A stretch of DNA of 64,000 bases from Marsupella aquatica (lineage: Eukaryota > Plantae > Marchantiophyta): NCBI GenBank assembly GCA_973895155.1, contig OZ316891.1, forward strand, positions 25,357,899-25,421,898, given 5' to 3'. Made by a program: the position numbers and the translations under genes. Of the stretch, positions 12,279 through 23,700 are shown piece by piece. The notes beneath the pieces were generated by a model, which was given only the letters and a program-made list of their open reading frames with translations, ran no database searches and was not told the DNA's origin. Every line of letters begins with the position of its first letter. Position 1 is the stretch's first letter.

Positions 12279-13055
12279 TCATCCTCGTCTCGAGTATGCG
12301 GTGCTCCAGCCTCTTCCCTGGTTGTAAGAGCTCCGGCCCATGTATGTTCCTCTCCCTCTCCCTCTAGTGGTATTCCACCTCTCCGAACGTGGTGCTATGT
12401 AATGGGACTCTGGGTTTGGTTGAGGTGGAAGCGTGCCTGGTGGGCGTTCTTGGGTGTTCCGTAGTAACAGGAGTTGGTGTTTTTCCGCCAGTAGCATGTG
12501 CGCCATTAGTTCAGAGTATCTGGTAAAGTTCATGTTCCGATATTGGGTTGAGAGTACTAAGTTTGTGGAATGCAAAGTTGATAATGTCTTCTCAATCTGC
12601 TCCTCGTCCGTCACTAGGTGGCCACATGTGGCCAGTTGGGCTACGATTCGAAACAACTCACTGTTGTAATCAGCCATCATTTTGTGGTCTTGGACGCGCA
12701 AATTAACCCAATCGTGTCTTGCCGCTGGCAGGAAGATAATTTGCGTGTGGTTGAATCGCGCGCTGAGGTCGTCCCACAGTCTCCTTGGGTTGTATTCGTT
12801 CATGTACTGCTGTTTGAGAGGTTCTTCGAGGTGGTGGCGGATGAGGATCAGAGCCTTGGCCTTCTCTTGTAGCGTCGTTCCGGCATCGGTGATTACTGTA
12901 TCTTGTAGGTTCTTGGCAGCCAAGTGTGAGTCAACGTCCAATGTCCATGACAAGTAGTTAGAGCCGTCAATCTTCAGAGCTTGGAAATTGAGTTTCTCAA
13001 TAGAATCCATGATTATCGGTAGAGTGTGCAATTGAAAAGGGGGAATTTGTGCCAC
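12279..13055 (-). CDS. gag: Copia (Bianca) Gag
   Basis: DGSNYLSWTLDVDSHL..ALILIRHHL..WVNLRVQD..EKTLSTL..YSELMAHMLLAEK, characteristic of Bianca Gag. Confidence 0.88.
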   Translation of the reverse strand: MAQIPPFQLHTLPIIMDSIEKLNFQALKIDGSNYLSWTLDVDSHLAAKNLQDTVITDAGTTLQEKAKALILIRHHLEEPLKQQYMNEYNPRRLWDDLSARFNHTQIIFLPAARHDWVNLRVQDHKMMADYNSELFRIVAQLATCGHLVTDEEQIEKTLSTLHSTNLVLSTQYRNMNFTRYSELMAHMLLAEKHQLLLLRNTQERPPGTLPPQPNPESHYIAPRSERWNTTRGRGRGTYMGRSSYNQGRGWSTAYSRRG

Positions 13056-13454
13056 TTGTGTACACTATTTATATCATTGAATCGATGCCTCCTCTCGTCT
13101 CTCTTTAGTGCTCAACGTTGTTCATGTTCAACAAGCAGAAGAGGGATTATTGTATGCAATGTTCATGACTATAGAAAAGAAATTTTGGAGGGTATGTTAC
13201 GGAATCGGTTATGAGTATGCTGGATCTCCTTCAATCGTTGTGCTCCTTTGATTCGTGTCCGATTGCTTTTGCGACTTGTCTCGTCCCGGTGCTATCTTCG
13301 GGTCTTCCCTGCAAGTTGGTAAGGTCTCTACGTTCTTGATTGCTGTAAGAGAGAAAAAAGAATGGAGAATTTCTTGGTGATGGTATTCTTCCCTTCGTCG
13401 AGGCCCGATCGCTTCCCCCAATATCAGTCGTAAAAAAAATTGCACGTGAGCCCT

Positions 13455-13468
13455 TCGTGCTGATAACA
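13455..13468 (-). promoter_or_regulatory. Bianca-type PBS (internal tRNA-Met fragment)
   Basis: TGTTATCAGCACGA directly after the LTR end ..TTCAACA. Confidence 0.75.
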
Positions 13469-13605
13469 TGTTGAACGTGAACTACAATCATACTTCCTTC
13501 ATCCTTGAGTAAATACATATAGGTTCCTTAAGGAGGAGCGGTTAAGGTAGTTATCCTTAACCCTAGTAGAGTATACTTAACCTGGTTCTAACCTGGGTTA
13601 TAACA
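13469..13605 (-). repeat. 5' LTR of Bianca element (137 bp)
   Basis: TGTTATAA...GTTCAACA termini on the minus strand, adjacent to the PBS; flank GTCAC is the predicted TSD. Confidence 0.75.
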
Positions 13606-13723
13606 GTCACAACATGATCAGTGGATGATGCAGTGAATCACAATTCAACTCTGCATTATGAAATATCTCGGTAACATTTGGCACCATGGATGCAGTTGTT
13701 TGTAAGTTTAGGCTAAAACTACA

Positions 13724-13800
13724 GGGCCCAACCTCTGTGACAGGAAATAGGAAACAGTAATGCTCATAACAGGAAAAAGAGTGCAACAAAACAGGAGATT
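13724..13800 (+). repeat. Left TIR of MULE (built from ACAGGAAA-like units)
   Basis: Core 13735-13760 is an inverted match to 56663-56688, both 11 bp inside the TSD. Confidence 0.8.
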
Positions 13801-14065
13801 ACCTACTATCATCAACAAAACATGACATAATTCTGGACAAAAAGGAGACCAAGTTCAATCGGAACTCCAATATTTTTAGGGCGGAATACAACAATATCGA
13901 AAGACCTTTTACTAGCGCCGAGCGCTACCCAAATACTTGTTGCCAGATAAAACAACATTACAAAATGCCGGCCTTTAACTAGCGCCGACCGCTAACAAAA
14001 TATTTGTTACCGTTAAAAACGGCAACCCAAAAATGCCCGTTCAATGTCTAGTAGATTGAAAAGAA

Positions 14066-17000
14066 TTATTCTAAACCATGCGAATTCCTCCTTCCTATGA
14101 TGTACTGGAGTTCTCCAACAGTCAAAATTGGCTGGCTTGGTAAGACCGAATCCAACGGATCAAGCTTGAAGATTGTTTTGTAAACCCAGTACAAATGTTT
14201 ACAAGGCATGAAAGGTCTTCCTCAAGAATGTCGGTGAAAGAAGTCCTCACAAGAGCAACAAGGGAATACGCAAATCTGCACCCAATAAGTGTTTGCTGTC
14301 CTTAGATGAGCGTGTGTTTGGATGAGTAATCGTTTCCCATATGAGTTCCCCGAGGAAACGTCCAATTCTGTGATAAGAGTCATTGTTTCCTTTGCAGCAG
14401 ATTTGATCCTTCTATGGTATTCCTGAGTAAGATTTGATCTGGGGTTCATTGGGCGCCCATTCCTAGTTCGAGCACGGATGTTGATTTGTGCCATATTGAT
14501 CTTCTTAGGAAAAATATCAATATTGATTCTCAAGTCAAAAGGCGTAGGGTTGGCAGGCATGCTTTGGTGGTGTTGTCTGGAGATTGCAACACCCTGTTCT
14601 TCCAGGAAACGTAACTCCAAGTTTGACAAATGTGTTCCTGTTAGTACTGGCAAGGAAACTGGATAAGGAGGCAGGTTAGCAATGCCTTGACGTGGGCGGC
14701 TTTTCCAACAACTGCCGTTGGGGCAAAACCACACGAACTCGGCATGAGGTTCACTCCTAAACAGGCGATGTCCCTTCGCAACAATTCCAATCACTCCAGC
14801 ATTAGAAGGATATCCAACCTTCTTAATCCAGTTTCGACACTCATCACAATCGCATCTACTTGACAATGTCCCATTACACTGAGGACCAGGCCCAAGTCTT
14901 GAAATTCGACGAAGATGCCAAGACCCAGGTTCAACGACCGACTCCAAAAGCGACGTGTCAGGGAGGACTGGAGTTTGGTCCATTTGAGAGACTTCTGGTA
15001 ATGTGGAAAATTCTTCACCTGGACCAGAAGCAGATGCGTCTGGCAAGTCACTCGGGCCCTCACTCCCAGTCAAATCGATCGGTGTCTCAAGAACACTTGG
15101 TGGAATATGAGAAAATGGAGCCGAGTTCAGATTTCTCCGTTTCAAACCCCGTGTATTCGGTGTTGTTATCAGAATGGTGTCATGACGATGGGAGTCTTGT
15201 GCCAAGACATTCCTTGTCGCTGGACCTTTTCTTTTGATAGATTTGGTTACAAAATCACCGTTCAATGGAGTACTCCTCTCCAAATCAAATTCCGCCGCAT
15301 TAGCTAGTAGCAAATTAGAAGCCTCTTCGAACAATCAAGGGGATCCAGCCAGGTCCGCTGAACGGAAAGCTAGTTCAAATACCATAGGACCTGTTCCTCT
15401 ATGTAACCCATCCCGATAGGCAGTATAAGCAGCAATTTGAGAGATTGCACGATTGTGGTCAATTTTACAACCCTCAAATAATCCAACAGTTTTCTTCCCT
15501 TGCCAAGCTTTCATGATACCATGAACTGCCTCAGATCCAGTGCAGTTAGGAATCATCCCTCCTTCTTGTGCACTTTTGCTCTGCAGGATGGCCAGAGTTC
15601 GTCAAATCTCAAAATCTACTTTTGGAAGATAAGTTGATATTCTTCAACAATATGTATCAATTAAAGGTAGCGCCAGGCGCAGACCAAAACGCTGAGAGAA
15701 TCAAGAAAAAAAAGGTGTTAATAATAGCGCCAAGCGCTAGTATGGAAGTGTCTATTCAATAAGTAAAAAATGGTGATACTTACAAGTCGAATAAAATTTC
15801 CCCATTGCCACCATCTTACAACCCACCAAGAGATCCATCCCTGCAGCATCCGAAGCTTCCCGGGAATGCAATTGCTAGATCTCCACCACAAATCAATTTC
15901 TCGGGAAATCCTGTAAGCTTCGACAAACGTTGATGCATTTCTGAGCTTGTCCTAGAGGAGGTGATGCTCAGAACGTTTGTCTTCAAGCACTCCTTCGATA
16001 GAATGGCGGTGCAAAGATTGGTAAAAATGAAAAGCATCCGATCTCTCTTTCTCCGGATTTGGATGGCCCCCAAAGAAAATGTTTCTGACCGCACGCCATC
16101 CCGACTGAGCATTATCAGCCATGAATCCATGAATTTGAACATCATCTACCCCATTTTCTAAAGCGACCTCGATCATTAATCTCCATGCTTTCTCAAGAGA
16201 TTTAGTGTCCTCCGCTTTCAGCTCACACGTAAATATTGTACATAAAGCTCGATAGTTATGGTCATAAACATGGGCGCTAAAAGTACTCCAATCTTTTGAC
16301 ATTCGTTTCATGACATCAAAACTCACCCACGCACCTTCAAGGGGTCCACCCTTTTTCATCTATCGCAACAAATCTACTCCAGATCCATGCCCTTTGATCG
16401 TCATTTTGAAAATATGAGCTCGGTCCTCCTTAGAACCTTGCCCTGGAAGTAGATACCTTTGAACAAACGGGAACCTGACATTCTTCTGCATCCAAACCAG
16501 ATATTCGAGGTCTCCTTGCCCGGCCTGATCTTTCCGGACACTCTTAAACAAGGCAGAGAACTTCTGCGGAGTCGAAACAAGCATAAGTGATTGCCAAATC
16601 TCACTCTCTTCCATCTTTGAGATGTCATCAATAGATTCATCTAGTGCATCCTTAAGAGATCCAGTGATCGCATTTTTCAAAACACTTGGCGAGGAAGAAG
16701 GATTCTTCAAATGCTCTTTCCGAATCTCTTCGACCGCTATCATCTCCAAACTTCTAGACCAGACCTTTCAACACGGATGGTTATGGACACCCATATGCAC
16801 TGCAAGGCATGACATATGTTGCGTTGTCGCTGAATCCAGGAGAACTTGTGGGTACATGTAAAACATTTTTGCGGAACAGGAGTCCAAACAGAACGGAAGT
16901 TGAAGACAATACCGACAAACAATCCCTCCTGAATCAATCAACTTTCCTGGACAATGTTGGCCTCCCAACTTGGGGGTCCCTTCCCAGGAGCTACAATTCC

Positions 17001-17811
17001 TACCATTTGTTCTGGTATAAAACTCGCATGATTTGTTTTGGCATTCAAGTGATCCGCTACAGCTGACTTTACCAAACTCCCACATCTTCTTCGGCAAAAC
17101 ATTTGCAGAAGTAGGAAGAATTCGAGTCTAGAGATAGCAATCCTTCGAACGGTCCATGTTAAGGAGACGCTTCCCCTTTGAACCCACACAATCGACAAGC
17201 GGAAGCTCAAATATGACATTGCCGTTGTAAGTTTTGGGAAGAAATTCTACTTGCTCGTGCTTGAAAGTCTCTGATCGTACAAATCGAGATAGCTCACTTT
17301 GACCAGTCGATTTCAGAAGGGCGTCTAATGCGCTCCTTTTGTAAACTATAGCAAGAGAAGGAGATTTAAGAAGCTTGTCACCTCCACTGTCTTCCGTTGA
17401 GGTACTACATTGATGCATTGGAAATGAATTCATTAACAAATGACACTCTTCACGCTTGATGTTCCTAATGTCAATTGGCAATTGAGAGACAGGGGAAGAG
17501 TCATCGCCATCAGACGTGAGGTCAATGACCTCTGTTGGTGCATCCACCGTCTCTAGTTTCACTACTTTTCCTCGGAGGAAAAACGTGTACTCGACACCGC
17601 AGTGCAGTTCCCACCATTTTTGACCAAAAATGTAAAAAGAATTCACTACCCCCTCGGCAACTGTCCCTAGGCTTTGAATGTCTTTCCTCCTAACATCAAA
17701 CCTTCCGCAAAGATAATCCTCACTCACACGCTGATTACCATCTCCGTAAGTCACAGGAACGCTAATTACGTCTCCCATTTCAGGACATTTTACCCTAATA
17801 ACCCGTGACAT
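14066..17811 (-). pseudogene. MULE transposase (~1180 aa; GCM/WRKY-like Zn domain, DDE core, C-terminal SWIM); intron ~15581-15783; about six in-frame stops
   Basis: Contiguous in-frame ORF pieces; CSGSLECQNKSC..CRYC..C..HMGVHNH; WVSFDVMKR (D1), GFMADNAQSGWRAVRNIF..DAFHFYQSL (D2), SEAVH (E); YWVQI..CSCEDF..PCKHLYWV SWIM; GTAAGT..CTGCAG intron. Confidence 0.85.
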
Positions 17812-18794
17812 TCTGACAGAATGGCAAAATGGTAAGGGTGTTTCCAGCCTCGGTTTATTATTTCCCTCAAGTAAATCATCAAGAACAAAGAAACCACACC
17901 CGGACGCAAAAAATATTTAGAACTTTACCGTTAACTCAACGGATAAATTTGAGATAAATGGCAACGGATGACCGTTGAAAACAAAATGTTTCCGTTAATT
18001 TAATGGACATTTCACAACGGAGAATAATAGCACCAAGCGCTAGCAAAAACACTACCAGATCTCTGTTCAAAAGCGTGAAATTTAAAATCAGAATTCTGCA
18101 AAATGTGACATTGTTTGATACTATACATTGATAGCGCCTGGCGCTATTATTGCGGAAAATGAAAAAACAAGAGATTCTCATATATATGATCGAACATTTG
18201 AAAGATTTTACGAATGTTAGACAACAATCAATAATAGCGTCGGGCGCTATTATAGAAACTCAGTGGATTGCTAGTATTTCAGGGTCAACTCACTAGAAAA
18301 TATGTATACTTTTTGGTCTAGGAGGAGTGGTGTTTATGATATCACCGGGCGCTATTAATGTTTATCCTCCGAGTTGTCTGTCCAACGGATATTTGTAACG
18401 GTAACTTTATGCCTGTGTGACCATTTTTACCTCTTGAATGAATGTTAATTATGAGATTCTTCGTTACATTTGAGTAGCCACGTCAGTACTATATGCCAAC
18501 TGTCCCTTTCTCTTTGGTTCGATTGCTCGATTACCTGATATTTTTCATCATGGAACATTCATATTTAAGTCAGCTGTCGGTCTTTTTAGGATCTTTTTCC
18601 TGTCAAAGGTCAATTTGACAGATCTGATCTTGCTGTGTGATTTGCTATCGTGTCATTCTATTGCGGGAAAACGGTCTCCATACTGGCTGTTTCGGACGTG
18701 GGTCGTATCTATTCGGTTGCAACAGTACGTTACAGGCCTTCGTGAGTGGCTGAGAACTCTCCAAATTTTAGGGCCAAAGGCTCTTTATCCAGAT

Positions 18795-20767
18795 ATGGAC
18801 AACACTTCCATGGGTAATTCTCAAACATCGGAGACATCTTTCGCTGGTTCTGTTTACACACGACGCGTTACTCGCTCGATTGCATCGCATTCTCTTCGGA
18901 ACTCTGCGCAGACTTTCCCAACGCAGAGACGAGGTATCATGGAGAATTCGAGTGATTTCATCATGGAAGACGGGTGTGAAGGGTCGCTAGCAATGGGAGA
19001 CGTGATTGCCAAACATGCAATGTCGTTCGGCACTGATTTCAGAGGAGAGCCCAAGGACCCTCCGCGTATACCGCTTTGTCGCCTAGTCAATATGGAAGTT
19101 GTTCGGACTCTCCAGAAGGAGAGTGCTTCAATCAAGAAGCTAAAAGAATCATTTCGCAGTTCCAGTTACAACTCCTCCATTGGAATGCGATTCTATGTGC
19201 AACCCGCTGATTCTGAAGGCGTCATCCAATTTTGTACCCCCGAAATCCGTGAGAGTTGGGATGCTGTCTGGACAGTCCAGAATGAGAAATTTGAAGCGGA
19301 CTGTGAAGCTGATCCAGATTTCCTTGTCTTAAAAGACAAGATGTTTTGTGTGTTCGACGGGAATCATCGTCTGTATTCCTGGTCGCAGGTAACAAAAGAG
19401 AACCCCAAAAATGTCAAGTACCACCCTCGTGTGCTATGCACTGTGTTCAAGGGAGATCGAGGTTCTCTTATTGAGATTGAAGCCGCCATGCACACTATCA
19501 ATCAGTAAGTTTGGTCATTTTCTTTGATTTGGACAAATTTTCAATTGTGGGATTTTGGTTAGCGTTTGGCGCTAACAAATTATGGTTGTATACAGATTGG
19601 GGCAAGCCGTTGTAGAACCGTCGTGGATCCTCGATGCTGACAGAATTGGTCGGATTCTGTCCCATGACCTTGATTATTACAAGACGATAATTGACGCCAG
19701 AAACTTCAAACGCTTTGAGGCAATTCGCGCAAAGACAAGGAAAGGCTCTTGGTATACGAAGAAGATGCCTTTGGAGGCCTTGTGTACATCTTGTGTGAGA
19801 ACAAGATCAAGTCATACTCTGTGCAATTCAAACTGGACATGGCGACTGCAAACACTCAAGGGAGGCCGTGGTCAAAGGATGAGGTCACCAAGCGTCATGC
19901 GGCAATGATGAAGGAGGCCACAAAAGAATGGAGCGTGAAGACCTCAAAGATCACTCCACTCCTTAGCCCCGAATTCGAAGATTTTCTGTCAACATGTGCG
20001 GAAATGTACACGCTGACAGAGAAAAACAAGCGATAACGGAAAGCAGACGCTGTGGTTTGCACGATGGATCGTGCTCGTCTCTTTACTGCCGTCTCAGCTT
20101 TGAACCCAAAGTTGTGTTCCACTCTTCTTGTGGCGCATTGCACGCCCGAACTTTGCAAGCAATTTTTCCATCCGCCGAGTGTGAACGACGAACCAGTTAA
20201 ACAATGGTGTCACACTTGGCACATGTGGAGTTGGATCGAAGGAATTTCAATGGGGATGATGCAGACAGCTCTCAGACAAGTTCAATCTGTCATGCCTCCG
20301 GAACGACTTGTCACAGGAGGTGTAGAAACTTTTGATGCTTTAGTGCAGACCATTTGCAATGATTTCAAAAGTTACGGAGATACAGTCAAGGCAAAGTTTT
20401 TTAACACAATGTGGGCATCAAAGTACGGGGAGAAAGAAGATTTTTCTTCCCAAAACCAGAAGCGGGCAAAGAGATACCTTTATCGGTTCTTCTTGTCGAT
20501 GGAGAGCAATTCTTCTGAATATTTCTGGGCTTATCCTCCTGCGTTCCAGAGGTGGTCGGTCATGGATGGGGATGATTTCAGTGAGGTTTACTCGATGTAT
20601 CCTGCAGAAGGAGCCAATCCTCCACGTGACATTTCCGTTTGGGAGCGAACAAACTGTCCCTGGTACCTTGATACTGATAAGTGGGATACACCTTTTGATG
20701 AATCTGAGAAAGACGCCTTTTTGAAATTGTCCAAATCTTTAGTTCCTCGCAAATGGTTGTCTGAGAT
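18795..20767 (+). pseudogene. MULE accessory gene, 5' half: ParB/Srx-like domain plus helical region (intron 19505-19595)
   Basis: RIPLCRLVNMEVVRTLQ..IKKLKESF..FCVFDGNHRLYSW (ParB-type DGxHR); frame-preserving GT..AG intron; frameshift ~19770, stop 20034; cut by Gypsy B and resumes in frame at 53228. Confidence 0.75.
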
Positions 20768-23700
20768 TGTGGTGCGTCCCATGGCTCCCTAAACCCAAGA
20801 AACCCCCCAGCACAAGCCAATTCCCGCAGGTTTCGCGCTTGGCGGGGCCGTTTCCGCGGCTTAGCGGCATGGGACGCTGCTAATCTCTTCTACATCTATT
20901 AACATTTTACACACATATACTGGACAGATCCTTCATCGGGTCATGAGATATGAAGCCGGCCTACTCTAGGCCTTCCCTTTATTTTTCTCTCCTTTGGTTA
21001 GGTATATTTGGATTCCGCCGCCGGAATGATCCCCAATAGGCTTGGTTAAGCCGCTAAGACCTCTCTCAGCTCGACACATCCAACTCTCACTCCCTTGCTT
21101 ACTTTCCTTTCCCTATTAGTTGATGTGGGCACTCTTCACACAAGTTAATGCGACACACAAATAGTAAAATGACTCCTTCTGACTGAGTCATACCATGCAC
21201 TTGCCATACAAACAGTACATCTCATACACAAGCTCTGCGAACTAAGCCGTGAGGCCAACTCTATTCAGCTCTTAGGCATGAGGAAACATGAATATACACA
21301 AGGTCACGGTATAACTAACCGAGAGCTTCTCTTACTACTTGATCCCAGCCGGCTGGTGCAAACTAAAAACTTGCTAAAGAAGAGGCCCTGAGCTCCCCGC
21401 AGCCTAGGTATTTATCCTGGTAGCGGATCCGCCTAATTCTTTGCAGCGTAAGCCTAATCTACCTAACAGTAATCTACCTGTCCGGAGCTACCTATGTACA
21501 GCAAGGCAGGGGCACAAGTGTTGCTCCTACCAGTGGAACCGCAATCCCACAAAGCTAAGTGTCAGGGCCGCTCCTGGTCCTGATCCTAATCTTAAACCTG
21601 GAGATCAGCGCCCGCCCGGCCCACTCACGCCTCCTACCTCCACGTCCGCCCTTCCTAAAAGGAACGGCGCCCTTGCACCGTCACGATACCGGTGGTGGAT
21701 CCTCAATGGATGCCCCCAACGCTTCCTCCTCAGCCACTGCCGTTGGCCCGCCTACTGACAGATTACCTGCCCTTGACCAAGTCAACTCTCCCTCGGCCTG
21801 ACTGGGTCCATCTTCGGCTTCGGCCTCGACACCGGCCTCGGCAATACCCACGGCTTCGGCTTCAGCCACTCCCACGGCTTTGGCTTCACCTTCTTCTAGG
21901 GTAGTTGGATCCTTAGCCGTGACCTTGTCTGGGGTCGGTGCTGGGTCTACCTCCTTGGTCACCACGGCCTGTGGAGTCGTATTACTCTTTGACCCAGAAG
22001 GTTTCCGCTTCTTCTTCGTTGCCGGCTCGGCAGCTGGTCCCTTCCCCTTCCCACTTACTTTCAGCACTGGTGCAGGTGGCGCGGTTTGTTCTTCAGCCAG
22101 TACCACTCCTGGTAACTGGTTCGCCCCAACGGGAGATGGACCTGCTGCAGCTAAGCATTTAAATACTATGGCTTGTTTCTTTAGCCGCTCCGTTTGGTTG
22201 TCGGCCCGCCGCTGTAGGTTCTCCATCTTCCTCGTGATTTCCTCCAACTCCTCCTGGGTCTCATCCAGGTCCTTACGTGCCCCCTCCAGCTCTCTATGGG
22301 CTTCCTCCTGCTCTTTGTGGGCTTCTTCCAATTCCTTCTTCAAGGTAGCCCTCTCCTCCTGGGTTGCTCTTAGCTCTTTGTCGAGCTCTGTCACGATTTC
22401 AGACTCCATTTTATCCATCTTGGCATAAGTCTGACCGAGCATATCGTCCTTCTCCTTTAGGTCGGCTTTGAAGCTGGCCATTAGGGATGCAAGCTCCTGC
22501 TGCAGCGCAATAATCCCTTGATAGGATTTCCCTAACTCGGCCTCCTTCTGCTCAAGGGCTCCGCGGCTTTTCTCGAGCTCCCCCTTCAACGCCCATTTCT
22601 TTCTTTGGGTCTCCGCCATGACCCGGTTGTTGACTGCTATATGGGCCTCCTCTACGTCTCTCAGCTCCTTCTTCCATTTCTCCCTGTCCTTGATTGCGTC
22701 GGCCAATTCTCCTTGGGCCTGAGTCAGTTTATCCTTGATAATCTGACTATCCGCCTGCGCTATGTCCAACTGCCCCTGCATGATATTTAGCTCATGCCGT
22801 TTAATCCGCAGCTCATCTTGGGCTTTCTTGGCCGTCCTTAGATCTTCAATCTCGGCTTCCATCCTCCTAAGCCGTCGGATGACCTCGTCCTTCTTGCTTC
22901 TCTCTAAAGCCACCGCTTCTTCTAATTGGTGCTTCTCCAACTGCTCCCTATGGAAAAAGGGTCCTACCTCCAACTCCTCCCCAAAGATGCCGAGCGCAAG
23001 TTCCCCACACATCTCACCATACTCCATGGCTCTATTCTTAGCGTAGGTGGAGTAAGTAGAGGTGATCGGCATCGCCCATCGCGGCCTCTGCTCCCAAGCC
23101 GTCTTGCGGATCTCTTCAATCGTGGCTAGAGGTTTGCTTCCTTTTTTGGCTAGCCGCCTGATGTCCTCCGGCCAATCTACTCCTGGTAAATCCTTTTCCC
23201 TAGCCAGGGCTGCCTCCTCTCCCTGCCTGATTCGCTCCTGAAATTCCTGCACTGTCTGTTTTATGCCGTCAAAGCTCGGGGGAGCAACATCTGGTGGAGG
23301 AGACTCAGGGCTACTCTGCTGGTTGGGGTCCCCTCGTACTACCCTTGGAAGTGTGGGGATAAACCGGCCACAGGTCCTTACTCCTGGAACGTGATGGTCC
23401 GACCCATAGCCGGAGTTATCATGGCCGCAGTCCTCCACTGCCTCCTCTACTTCTTCTACTTCCGGCTTCTCCCTCTCTTCTTCGTTGGTAGGAGCTTCCG
23501 ACAATTCTGCCTCAGATTCAGAGCTTGAGACTCCGGTAGAGGGGTTTTCCCTTCTAAGTCTGCTTAAGTTGACCTCTGGGGCAGTGTCCTGCATTGTTGT
23601 CATTGTCATTGTCGTTGTTGTTGCCGATCTCCTTTCTTTCTCCAGTAGTTTAAGCAGATTCTGCATGCCTGGTTGCTGCATCGGCAAGTCTTCCTTCCTT

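Larger units (their letters stand above)
10067..13605 (-). mobile_element. Ty1/Copia retrotransposon, Bianca lineage (5' part; RT interrupted by Gypsy A)
   Basis: 137-bp LTR, TGTTATCAGCACGA PBS, Bianca-type Gag, GAG-pre-integrase and integrase upstream of RT. Confidence 0.9.

Noticed and set aside
18028-18354. Regularly spaced palindromes as a CRISPR array
   Set aside because: Repeats only 15 bp, spacers ~89 bp, no cas genes, eukaryotic intron-containing context
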